Positions 21,501 through 30,225 of a DNA stretch of 64,000 bases are shown here, piece by piece. Position 1 is the first letter of the stretch. Every line of letters begins with the position of its first letter. The notes under the pieces were generated by a model. The model was not told the origin of the DNA, ran no database searches, and saw only the letters and a list, made by a program, of their open reading frames with translations. Source of the DNA: Fibrobacteria bacterium (lineage in GTDB: Bacteria; Fibrobacterota; Fibrobacteria; UBA11236; JADFYW01); assembly GCA_050294405.1 (NCBI GenBank), contig JBNKOC010000012.1, positions 480,001 to 544,000 on the forward strand. Reading direction: 5' to 3'. The position numbers were made by a program, and so were the translations under genes.

Positions 21501-21925
21501 CGCTTAGCTCTACAGGAAAGGCTGGAGAATACGTGGCCAGCATCCGATATAAAGCCTGGCAGCCATGGTCCGCCCTGCATCCAACCATTGGAGTAGATAC
21601 CCCCTTGATATTTGATATTTTGGATAGCTGGAATAGCCGATCATTGGGAGGCTGCACTTACCATGTTTCTCATCCAGGGGGAAGGAGTTATGAAACATTT
21701 CCTGTAAATAGTTTTGAGGCTGAGTCCAGGAGAATAAGCCGGTTTTGGGATATTGGCCATTCCCAGGGTGAAATAACTCCCCTTCAACATTCCAGTAATG
21801 TTGTTAGTCTGGGAAGGGGTGTTAGCATCAAGAGCCCATCGGCAGGATTTATATATCAGGAGCCTCCAATTAACCTTGAGTTTCCACATACGCTTGATTT
21901 AAGGAAAAGCCATAAAGTAAGATGA
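18581..21925 (+). CDS. Transglutaminase-like domain fused to DUF2126 putative amidoligase
   Basis: GSCRDFAW, DLHAWAEVY, LTMGGEPTFVS, VTPDPGVIEVN, GTGGGNH, GNTHRSEFCIDKL, LELRAFDMPP. Confidence 0.9.
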   Translation: MTLKVVISHKTFYQFDRLVTISPHVFRLRPAPHSRTPIYAYSMKIKPEKQFFNWQQDPFGNYQARLVFPEKSREMSIEVEIIADLTAINPFDFFVEESAKYFPFKYDRLTKRELNPYLKTSRKGKLFSEWLNSIDRSKKITIDFLIDINQKINNMLKYNIRMQPGVQSCEVTLRKKSGSCRDFAWLLVQTLRHLGFGARFVSGYLVQLKADVKSLDGPSGPEEDFTDLHAWAEVYVPGAGWIGLDSTSGLLAGEGHIPLACTPSFEGAAPVTGTTDICKTVFSYENTVKRIFESPRVTKPYTDNQWLKINQLGEKVENELQKNDVRLTMGGEPTFVSIDDMESAQWNTEADGEEKRKRAIDLSKKLLKRFGKGGVLHHPQGKWYPGEILPRWEIALYWRKDGNPIWKNPNLLGTPNSNNQNINISLAKNFLQKLCDKLSVDQKYLIPGYEDAFYFYWEKEKLPTDLEPENIDLKSPPVMQKLTELLNKGLSEPAGFALPLHYGKQGWDSSDWKLKRKRLVLIPGNSPMGLRLPLESLMLKPEREPGPVMPKDNFSSLGKLPESSQIIERRNKTEKFSTFDASSGNLIRTALCIEPRAGSLYVFLPPLESSEAFLDLVCCIEAVSAQLNVQIILEGYSPPEDHRIQKLKVTPDPGVIEVNIHPSQSWSELCENTFALYKEAELSRLGTQKFMLDGKHTGTGGGNHVTLGGATPSDSPLLRRPDLLRSLITYWQHHPGLSYLFSGAFIGPTSQAPRVDEGRAENLYELEIAFSQIPSSKEVPFWLTDRLFRHLLTDITGNTHRSEFCIDKLYSPDSSSGRLGILELRAFDMPPHARMSLTQMLLVRTLVVWFWQKPYKHKLIRWGTELHDRYLMEHYVREDMNDIVEQLNREGYPLELDWFNPFFEFRFPLYGIVHINRVELELRAAIEPWNVLGEEMTGRGTSRYVDSSVERLQVKLNNFIEDRYILTCNGVRIPLSSTGKAGEYVASIRYKAWQPWSALHPTIGVDTPLIFDILDSWNSRSLGGCTYHVSHPGGRSYETFPVNSFEAESRRISRFWDIGHSQGEITPLQHSSNVVSLGRGVSIKSPSAGFIYQEPPINLEFPHTLDLRKSHKVR

Positions 21926-24501
21926 GCACCACCCCTTTAAATTCCAAGTCTATGTTTTCTGATTATTTCAAGGAAAATGGTTATGATGAATTGGGAAGTT
22001 CCATTGGGAATATAAAAGCCGTATGGAAACCACTAATAAAAAATTTACAAAATTTAGGGCTGGATGGACTGGCTGAAAAACAAAATCACCTAAGCTGGCA
22101 ACTTTCAGAAAATGGAATAACCTATAATGTATATGGCGATCCAAAGGGAATGAACAGGCCGTGGAATTTAGATGTGACCCCTCAACTAATCCATGAATCT
22201 GAATGGAAATTACTTGAAAAAGGATTAAAACAAAGAAGTGAACTGCTAAATCTTATTTTTAAGGATATATACGGAAAAAGAAACTTGTTGAAGTCGGGGA
22301 TAGTTCCCCCTGAGGTTATTTATAGTCATGGAGGTTTTTTACGGGTTTGTGATCAGGTTTCTTACTCTTGTGAAAAACCTCTTTATGTGCATGGCTGTGA
22401 TATGGCCAGGGGACCGGATGGAAATATGTGGGTAATAAAAGACAGGACCCAGGCGCCATCTGGAATGGGGTACGCGTTGGAAAATAGGCTAAGTCTGGAT
22501 AGGGTAGTACCTGAGCTGAGTTTAAATATGTATGTCAGGCAAATTGCAAATTTTTATGATAATTTTAAAAATCTGCTATTGGAATCTCATTCTCAAAATA
22601 ACGAGAATCCCAATATCGTTGTTATGACGCCCGGTCCGCACAATGAAACCTACTTTGAACACTCTTATTTAGCTGAATATTTTGGTTTTTCTCTGGTTCA
22701 GGGAAGAGATTTAATTGTGCGGGATGGCTATTTGTGGATGAAAAATTTGAATGGCCTTAAAAAAGTCGATGTCGTTTTAAGAAGGGTTGATGACATATAT
22801 GCAGATCCCCTTGAATTAAAAGAGGACTCACAACTCGGAGTTGCAGGATTACTGGATGTTATACGTAAAAATAATGTGACTATAGTTAATCCCATAGGAA
22901 GTCGGATCCTTGAAAACAGTGGGCTAAATCCGTTTATGCCGGCATTATGCAAGTACTTTTTAGATGAAGAGCTAATAATTCCCCAAATCGCAACCTGGTG
23001 GTGCGGGCAGGAGCTGGAAAAAAATTATGTAATGGAAAATCTTTCCCAATTGATTGTAAAAAGAATAGATCACGGGTCGGGCCATCCAATATACTACGGT
23101 TTTGACTTAACGAAATCTGAACTAATCCAGTTGAGAAATCAAATTCTTGCAAAGCCATATCTTTTTGTGGCCCAGGAAAAGGTAAGTTTCTCCACCTCAC
23201 CTACATTTACCGGGAATGGATTTGAGCCGCGTTATAGCAGTTGGCGCACTTTTTCAATTGGAACAAAAGATGGCTACAAAGTCATGCCTGGCGGTTTGGT
23301 GAGGGTTTCGCCCCAACATGGAAATATATTAGTGTCTAATCAAAAAGGTGGCACTAGCAAGGATATTTGGATTATTGCAGACTCCCCTGAACCTAAATCC
23401 AAGATTTTTAAAAAGCCCATAAGTTCCTCTATGGCGTTGCCTGGCTTGAATGAACTTCCAAGTTTAACTGCTGAAAATTTGTTCTGGGCAGGCAGATACA
23501 TTGGAAGAACATTGAGTTTGGCGCGATTCACCAGAATGGTTGTTAAAAAGTTATTGTACAATCCCTATGAAGGGGGTAACAAATTTAAACCGCAAATTAA
23601 TCATTTGTTCCAAACCTTAACAGATTTAACATGGTCCCATCCAGGTTTTTATAAGCCTGAAAATTTAAATACAAAAGCCGCAGCCTATGAAGAATTAAAT
23701 TCAATTTTATTTGATGTTAATAGGAACGGAAGCCTTTCGCAGACTATTTCCATGTTTACAAATACCTACTATTCAATTCGATATTTATGGTCTTCGGATA
23801 TGTGGAGGCTGTTTGATCGAATTGAAATAATATGGTCTGATATTCAAAACAATGCTTTTAGGGATTTGCAGGATATGTCTCAAGCGTTGGATCAGCTAAT
23901 TACAAGAATTATTGCATTTATGGGTCTGGTTGAAAAAAGCATTTTGATTAATCAGGGTTTATTGCTTTATTTTATAGGGATGCAATTGGAACAAGCCATG
24001 CAAAATGTAACTAAGTCCTATTGTATACTAACCCCTTCTTTTGAAGACGCAGTGGAATATGAGCTCCTTGAGTCCCTATTAATAAGCCATGAAAGTCTTA
24101 ACATATATAGATATAGTTACAGGACCTATATCAACCCCCTAAATGTGATTGATTTAATTTTACTTCATAAAGACTATCCTAATTCTTTAATGTTTCAATT
24201 ATCCAGAATGCAAAAAGATTTGAAAAAGATGCCTAAAGAAGGAGGAGAATCTAATTTAATGCCCCACGAGCACGGAATTTTTGAAGCATACTCCCTTTTA
24301 AGGCTGGCAAACCCCCAGAATTTGGCTGAGCAAACATTGTTGAACGGAAATCGGGCTATGTTAGGTGATTTGTTGTTGAAAATTAAACAAAACTTAATGG
24401 ATACCAATCTGGAATTTAGCAATCGATATTTTAGCCATAGCTATTCTCAAAATCAACTTCTCCAACGCAACCCTAGCCAAAGCCTTGATTTACTCAGTTG
24501 A
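21922..24501 (+). CDS. Circularly permuted ATP-grasp fused to alpha-E domain
   Basis: GITYNVY, RPWNLD, DRTQAPSGMGYALENR, TYFEH, LRRVDD, MPGGLVR, SKDIW, then ENLFWAGRY alpha-E region. Confidence 0.9.
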   Translation: MSTTPLNSKSMFSDYFKENGYDELGSSIGNIKAVWKPLIKNLQNLGLDGLAEKQNHLSWQLSENGITYNVYGDPKGMNRPWNLDVTPQLIHESEWKLLEKGLKQRSELLNLIFKDIYGKRNLLKSGIVPPEVIYSHGGFLRVCDQVSYSCEKPLYVHGCDMARGPDGNMWVIKDRTQAPSGMGYALENRLSLDRVVPELSLNMYVRQIANFYDNFKNLLLESHSQNNENPNIVVMTPGPHNETYFEHSYLAEYFGFSLVQGRDLIVRDGYLWMKNLNGLKKVDVVLRRVDDIYADPLELKEDSQLGVAGLLDVIRKNNVTIVNPIGSRILENSGLNPFMPALCKYFLDEELIIPQIATWWCGQELEKNYVMENLSQLIVKRIDHGSGHPIYYGFDLTKSELIQLRNQILAKPYLFVAQEKVSFSTSPTFTGNGFEPRYSSWRTFSIGTKDGYKVMPGGLVRVSPQHGNILVSNQKGGTSKDIWIIADSPEPKSKIFKKPISSSMALPGLNELPSLTAENLFWAGRYIGRTLSLARFTRMVVKKLLYNPYEGGNKFKPQINHLFQTLTDLTWSHPGFYKPENLNTKAAAYEELNSILFDVNRNGSLSQTISMFTNTYYSIRYLWSSDMWRLFDRIEIIWSDIQNNAFRDLQDMSQALDQLITRIIAFMGLVEKSILINQGLLLYFIGMQLEQAMQNVTKSYCILTPSFEDAVEYELLESLLISHESLNIYRYSYRTYINPLNVIDLILLHKDYPNSLMFQLSRMQKDLKKMPKEGGESNLMPHEHGIFEAYSLLRLANPQNLAEQTLLNGNRAMLGDLLLKIKQNLMDTNLEFSNRYFSHSYSQNQLLQRNPSQSLDLLS

Positions 24502-25378
24502 ACATATAACCGAATATAAATATTCGGATTATGTAAGTTATTGCCATAATATCGCTATGTTAAAACCCCGGAGTTATAGTGGTAACGAATTAATTGACTT
24601 TACCCTTGAAATTGATCCGATTCCGGCTCAAATCAGCGAAGGGTTGGATTTTTTTGGAAATAATTTAACCCGTTTTTCCATACACGAAATGCATCAAATG
24701 TTGCGAGTTCGCTCTCACAGCTTGATTTCCAGGGGAGTGTTGCAATATGAACTAGGTGAAGGAAGAAAAATGCCTTCTCCTATTACCGTTGCCCAAACCA
24801 GAGAAGAATTAAAAAAAATTAATCCAGACTACATTTTGGCCAGGCAATATATAATTGAGTCTCAATTGATTAATAATTATCCGCAATCTATTTTAGAATA
24901 TTCCAGTAAATTTTTCGGACCAGAAACACCCTTGTTTGAAGCGTCCTTGGAATTAACATCTGGCATATATAACGATTTTGAATTTGTTCCTGGGTTTACC
25001 ACTATTACCACTCCTTTAAATGAAGTAATGGATGGGAAAAAAGGCGTATGCCAGGATTTTGCGCATATAGCCATTGCCTGTCTTCGTGCTCAGGGATTAG
25101 CCGCCCGTTATGTTAGTGGTTATATAGAAACAATTGCTCCTCCAGGCCAGCCTAAACTTACAGGGGTAGATGCCTCTCATGCCTGGTTTGCAGTTTTTAT
25201 TCCTGGAATGGGCTGGGTTGATTTTGACCCAACCAATAACCAACTTCCTGGAGAAAATTATGTGACAATGGCTTGGGGAAGGGACTACTACGATGTGCCC
25301 CCTTTAAAAGGAGTAATCTATACAAATGGAGCGAACAGTTTAAAGGTCTCCGTCCATATGGAACAGGTTAAATCATAA
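24485..25378 (+). CDS. Transglutaminase-like protein
   Basis: HITEYKY, DFFGN, GVCQDFAH, ARYVSGY, ASHAW, FDPTN, GRDYYDV. Confidence 0.9.
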   Translation: MIYSVEHITEYKYSDYVSYCHNIAMLKPRSYSGNELIDFTLEIDPIPAQISEGLDFFGNNLTRFSIHEMHQMLRVRSHSLISRGVLQYELGEGRKMPSPITVAQTREELKKINPDYILARQYIIESQLINNYPQSILEYSSKFFGPETPLFEASLELTSGIYNDFEFVPGFTTITTPLNEVMDGKKGVCQDFAHIAIACLRAQGLAARYVSGYIETIAPPGQPKLTGVDASHAWFAVFIPGMGWVDFDPTNNQLPGENYVTMAWGRDYYDVPPLKGVIYTNGANSLKVSVHMEQVKS

Positions 25379-25379
25379 T

Positions 25380-26804
25380 TTAAAATTGCAATTGAGGAAA
25401 AGTGGCAAGTTGTACTCCCAGGGCCATTTGGGCGAATATTTTGCGGGACTGTATAATTTTAGAACATTCCTCGTTGTTATATTGAGTGCATAGAAATTCC
25501 GCTTGTAACATTTCAGGGCTGTTATCATGATTAACGGCAGCAACCGCTAGGAGAGTTTCACCATTTGTAGCTAAAGTTTCGAATAAATATTTTTCAGTTT
25601 GCCATTGGTAGTTTTCCATTGTGTTCAGATAAAGCCCTTTACGGTTTACGGTAACTCCGTATCTTGTCACGGGTTCAAAATAGCTCCATGCCTGGTCAGG
25701 AAACAATTGTCCGTTGGGGTAATCTTCCGTAAATTTTTTTTCAAACTTTATTGATTTTTGTTGAGCATCTATTAAATCGTTAGTTGGAACTATCATAAAA
25801 TTGACTTCCATTCTTGTATCACCAACGCTTGCGATATGATAATCCCCTTCATTGTATATTTTCGCCCCTTCTGGCAGGACCAGGGTGGCCCCGGATGTTT
25901 CTTCTTGGTAAATATCGTATCGAAAGGAAAATGGATCAAAATTTGAAAATAATTCTGCAAGCTGGCCAAGACTTAATTTATCATCGGCTGTTAGGGAAAG
26001 TTCTAGGAAACTTCTGGTCTTAAGTTTGGTCAGTTTTAAATTTCCAATTTTCTTGGTTTTTTCCACATCTACTTTCAAATCCGCCGCGAATAGTTCTTTA
26101 ATTCCCTTCGCATTGGGCACTTTGGTTTCTACTGAATTTTCTAATTCGAGAATTTGGTTGGAAGGAATTCCCCAACAAATACCAATAGCTCCATTTTCCA
26201 GGCCTCCGTCCACAACTCCAATGACCTTTCCCTGTTTATCTAAAATTGGGCCGCCAGATAGGCCCGGGACTAAATTGCCTTCAAGGTTGATAATTTCAAT
26301 ATCAGTACTGGGGTATTCTTTTATGTTGTTCAATGCTTTGGCAGGCAAAATAGTTTTGAGTTTATTGCCTCCAAACCTCACTTTAATTTCCGTACTGCTG
26401 GCGCTGGAAATGTTTAAGGGGAAGCCAAGAGCATCCAGAGTTTGCTTTGCCTTTGGAAGCTCAACATTAAGACTAAGAGCTGCGCGATTTAAAGGTGCTA
26501 GAAGGGATAATAATACCAGATCAGATTTTTTGAGCACTTTAATTACTTTGGCCTTGGAAGTTTTGATGATTTTTCCATCATCATTGATATATTTGACTAA
26601 TATTTTTGATTTTCCATCTACAACATGCAAAGATGTTACGACCCAATCAGTTTGTTTCCAAATAAACCCTGAAGCGTTACTACTTTCTGTTTCAACCTTA
26701 ACTACAGATAAACTTGCGTTTTTTAATATTTCAGTCCCATATATGTCCAGGTTTAATATCAGGGCATATAAAAAAACAACCGATATATATATTCTTTTGT
26801 CCAT
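25380..26804 (-). CDS. Secreted trypsin-like (S1) serine protease with an uncharacterised C-terminal domain
   Basis: Signal peptide; catalytic triad motifs TSLHVV, DLVLL, GLSGGP. Confidence 0.85.
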   Translation of the reverse strand: MDKRIYISVVFLYALILNLDIYGTEILKNASLSVVKVETESSNASGFIWKQTDWVVTSLHVVDGKSKILVKYINDDGKIIKTSKAKVIKVLKKSDLVLLSLLAPLNRAALSLNVELPKAKQTLDALGFPLNISSASSTEIKVRFGGNKLKTILPAKALNNIKEYPSTDIEIINLEGNLVPGLSGGPILDKQGKVIGVVDGGLENGAIGICWGIPSNQILELENSVETKVPNAKGIKELFAADLKVDVEKTKKIGNLKLTKLKTRSFLELSLTADDKLSLGQLAELFSNFDPFSFRYDIYQEETSGATLVLPEGAKIYNEGDYHIASVGDTRMEVNFMIVPTNDLIDAQQKSIKFEKKFTEDYPNGQLFPDQAWSYFEPVTRYGVTVNRKGLYLNTMENYQWQTEKYLFETLATNGETLLAVAAVNHDNSPEMLQAEFLCTQYNNEECSKIIQSRKIFAQMALGVQLATFPQLQF

Positions 26805-27460
26805 TACTCCGGGCTGCAGTAATCCTTTAGAATGGAATTTAAAATTTGCTCTTTATCTTCCTTATTGATGTTGCTGCTTAATAAGGAATTTGTAGTACTG
26901 GCTAAGTGTTTCAAGTTGAATGCTTGATAATATTCATAGGCAGATTGCAACCCGTCAAATTTATCTAACTGGATTTTATCGCAAAGGCTGGTATCTTTTT
27001 CTGAGAACAGTACCGTTTGCTTAATTTGACTGGCAATTAGTGTGGCCGAATCTGCCACTGTTGCATTTTTAGGCAAAAGGTACTTTTCTTTTATTATGTC
27101 TCTGGATTCTGATTCACTATATCCCAAATTTAATAGTTCCTGATAATTTTCTTGCAGACTTTTGTCTCTAGGAGATAAAAAGTCATGTGTGCGCATATAT
27201 ATCCCCATAATAATTCCGAGTATACATGCTAATCCAAAGGACCCTGCCCGCACCCCTACAATTTTCAGTTGTTCAGTGGAAACTTTAGGCTCAGATTTCT
27301 TGTCGCCTGCAAGGCCGGGAAGGTCAGCCCCTATTAATGAGGATAGCAAAGCTGTTATGGACCCGACAACCAAGCCTACAATAGGCGAAGAAGACAACCC
27401 TAAAAGGAAACCAATTAGTAGCCCTAAACCTACTCCCGAATAAACTTGAGAAAAAATCAT
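26804..27460 (-). CDS. Hypothetical membrane protein (Gly-rich TM hairpin plus a third TM helix)
   Basis: GVGLGLLIGFLLGLSSSPIVGLVVG hydrophobic hairpin; stop/start overlap with the protease gene. Confidence 0.7.
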   Translation of the reverse strand: MIFSQVYSGVGLGLLIGFLLGLSSSPIVGLVVGSITALLSSLIGADLPGLAGDKKSEPKVSTEQLKIVGVRAGSFGLACILGIIMGIYMRTHDFLSPRDKSLQENYQELLNLGYSESESRDIIKEKYLLPKNATVADSATLIASQIKQTVLFSEKDTSLCDKIQLDKFDGLQSAYEYYQAFNLKHLASTTNSLLSSNINKEDKEQILNSILKDYCSPE

Positions 27461-27534
27461 TTCTTAAAAATTGTTGTGATTTTCAAAATATAGAATATTG
27501 AAATATAAAATAGTGCTTCAATTTACCAGAGGGG

Positions 27535-28173
27535 TTACCTATCGAAGAAACCGATTCCTTGGAAAATTTTATCCATACATTTTTCAATTCGGGAGGTTCG
27601 CGTAGCAGATTGCTTAGGCTGGGAAAAATAAATTAAATAGCCTTTTTGCCGACCAGGAGTTAATTTTTTAAACGCCTTTTCAAATCTTGGGTTATTTAAA
27701 AAAATTTCATTCAGTTCCTCTGGAATAGGATATTCATCAACAGATTTAAAGGAAACTTTAAGCCCTTTCTTTTCTATTTCAATTGCCTGGGAAATAAAAG
27801 AGGATATTGTTTTTTCCATTCTTTTTATTTCGTTTGTGTTTGTGAATTTGAGTAGTCGGGAGGCTTGTGAATGGTCTCCTGGGCTAAATAATTTATTATC
27901 GGGGTCCTTAATTAGGGAACCTTTAAAAAAACTAATGGAAGCGTATTCCTTGAATGCGCTAATAATACATATGTTTTTTTTGCCTGATGTATAACAGGGT
28001 ACGCCCCATTTTATTTCTTCATGCAAGTTCATTTTAAGGGCTATTTTCCGCAGAGCTTTTAACTCTTGTAACCAGCTGTTTACTTTACATTGGGGAGTGC
28101 TGGCGTAGGAGCAGCGCCCACAACCTTTTTTTAAATACTCATCTACAGTTAAAGGTTTTTTATCCATATTCAC
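27535..28173 (-). CDS. YdeI/OmpD-associated family protein with DUF1801 (YdhG-like) domain
   Basis: EEIKWGVPCY, SFFKGSL, FKKLTPGRQKGY, KQSATRTSRI. Confidence 0.85.
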   Translation of the reverse strand: MNMDKKPLTVDEYLKKGCGRCSYASTPQCKVNSWLQELKALRKIALKMNLHEEIKWGVPCYTSGKKNICIISAFKEYASISFFKGSLIKDPDNKLFSPGDHSQASRLLKFTNTNEIKRMEKTISSFISQAIEIEKKGLKVSFKSVDEYPIPEELNEIFLNNPRFEKAFKKLTPGRQKGYLIYFSQPKQSATRTSRIEKCMDKIFQGIGFFDR

Positions 28174-28342
28174 TACCCTATCGGATTAAGCTCAATTTGT
28201 ACATAAAACCTAAATAAAAATACATTTAAAGCCAGGAAATCAAAAAATTTTTCGAATCCAGTTGGCCAGAGTAAATTTTCGTTTATTTTAAAAAAAGAAT
28301 TGCCGGGAAATTTTTTCAATCGGCGATAATCCGGGGGGATAG

Positions 28343-29740
28343 ATGAATATAAATCCAAAATTGGCTTTTTCTTTTGTTTTGATTGGTTTTTTCTTTGCAC
28401 ATGCCCAGAAAGATAAGTTTGAAAAAGTTCAGCTTTCCGATGAATATTGGGCCGAAGCCGCCTATGCGGCAGATTTAAATAATGACGGCAATGTGGATGT
28501 AGTTGCAGGGGCGGCCTGGTGGGAGGGTCCTGATTTTAATCAGCAGCATAGTTTTTATAATCAAGGTCCCTATACAGGCCAATATTCCAGTTGCTGGAGG
28601 ATTTATGCTTTTGATATTAATGACGATGGGTTTAAAGATCCCATTGTAATTAAGGGGCCTGGAAATGACGCTCACTGGTACCAAAATAATGGAAGTACCG
28701 GAAATTGGCAGGGTCATAGAATCTCCGGTGGCAATCAGAATGAAAGCCCCATGATGTACGATATAGATGGGGATGGGTTGGTGGATTTGTTATCCGGACA
28801 AAGCGGGCGGATAGGAATTTACAAGGCGGGCTCCAACCCAACTCAGGGATGGTCCTTTATCCAGGTTTCTGAATCTGGTTTCACGGAAACCAATCTGCAC
28901 GGAATTGGGGGAGGGGATGTAAATGGGGATGGAAGGGATGACGTTTTACATAAAAATGGTTGGTGGGAACAACCTCAAAATTTGAACGGCCAGTGGATAC
29001 ATCATGAGCATGATTTTTTTGCCCCTGATTTTGTAAGGGAAAAAACAGGGGGAGCGGATATGTATACTTATGATGTGGATGGTGATGGCGACAACGATGT
29101 CATTACGAATTTGCAGGCTCATGGACGGGGAATAGGTTGGTTTGAAAATTTGGACGGGGATGGTGAAGAATTTAAGATGCATATTATATTGCCGCCTCAT
29201 TCAAGTTCCACAGGCGAAGCGGATACGGCTGGTTATGGTGTCTCCCTATTGGCTGTTCATGCGCTTGCTCTGGCAGATATGAATGGAGATGGACTTATGG
29301 ATTTGGTGGCTGGCTCCCGTTACTGGACTCATCATATTCCCATACCGGAAGGAACGGGGGAACCTCAGGTTTGGTGGTTTGAGCTCACCAGGGGGGACAG
29401 TGTTAAATATATTCCTCACGAAATAAGTGACGAAGCCAGCGTGGGTACAGGATTACATGTAACGGATATTAATGGAGATGATATGCCAGATGTTGTTGTT
29501 GCAGAACCAAACGGGGTTTTCATGTTTATTAATAAATATGAAAAGCCTGTATCAACCAAGCCTTTTGTAATTAAGCCTTCGCAGGCACTTAATAGGCCTT
29601 TAAAATTAAATGGGAAAAATGGGATATTTGCAGTGGAAATAGATTCAAAATGGGGGCTCAGGCATATTAACGGAAGGGCTATAAGAAGCATGCATAATAA
29701 AAGTATTCCTTTAACCAGGAAAATTCCTGGTTCAGAATAA
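28343..29740 (+). CDS. Secreted FG-GAP/VCBS repeat beta-propeller protein with a basic C-terminal tail
   Basis: Seven DxNxDGxxD-type repeats (DLNNDGNVD, DINDDGFKD, DIDGDGLVD, DVNGDGRDD, DVDGDGDND, DMNGDGLMD, DINGDDMPD); signal peptide. Confidence 0.85.
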   Translation: MNINPKLAFSFVLIGFFFAHAQKDKFEKVQLSDEYWAEAAYAADLNNDGNVDVVAGAAWWEGPDFNQQHSFYNQGPYTGQYSSCWRIYAFDINDDGFKDPIVIKGPGNDAHWYQNNGSTGNWQGHRISGGNQNESPMMYDIDGDGLVDLLSGQSGRIGIYKAGSNPTQGWSFIQVSESGFTETNLHGIGGGDVNGDGRDDVLHKNGWWEQPQNLNGQWIHHEHDFFAPDFVREKTGGADMYTYDVDGDGDNDVITNLQAHGRGIGWFENLDGDGEEFKMHIILPPHSSSTGEADTAGYGVSLLAVHALALADMNGDGLMDLVAGSRYWTHHIPIPEGTGEPQVWWFELTRGDSVKYIPHEISDEASVGTGLHVTDINGDDMPDVVVAEPNGVFMFINKYEKPVSTKPFVIKPSQALNRPLKLNGKNGIFAVEIDSKWGLRHINGRAIRSMHNKSIPLTRKIPGSE

Positions 29741-30225
29741 ATTTATCCATTATGCCTCCATAGAAGCAAAATCAATTGGTGAAGGGGAATATGTTTAAGA
29801 ACATTCAAAGATGCTTAGCTTTTGGGTTTGACCTACCACTTCACCCTACGGGCATATGAACAACTTTGGGTGCCCTATGGCAATTTATTTCTTTCCATGC
29901 TGCTAATTGTCATGGCCACAGTAAAACTGTGGCATCAGGTTTCAGCTTAATTTTCTAAAACACAAGACGCAGGTAATAGAACCCTTCAATTCGCAAAAAA
30001 GGCTGGTTAGGCACCGGGTTTTTGCAAATTGATTTTGTTTATAATGGCGTGACCGGCCCTGTCTATTAACATTTTGGATCCTTTATCGATCCTCGTTTTT
30101 TTTTTGGTTGCATTTTTGTCTGGATTATTCGTCGGATTTAAAGATACGAGGATGCTGTGTGGTTTCGTAATAAACTGTTAAACTTTTGCAGCGCAATTTA
30201 ATATATGAACAAAAGGAGTTTTAAA

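Noticed and set aside
26026..26868. 280-aa plus-strand ORF
   Set aside because: Antisense shadow of the trypsin-like gene; no recognisable motifs.
30008..30025. AGGCAC...TTGC sigma54-like site
   Set aside because: GG-to-GC spacing is 12 nt rather than the required 10.
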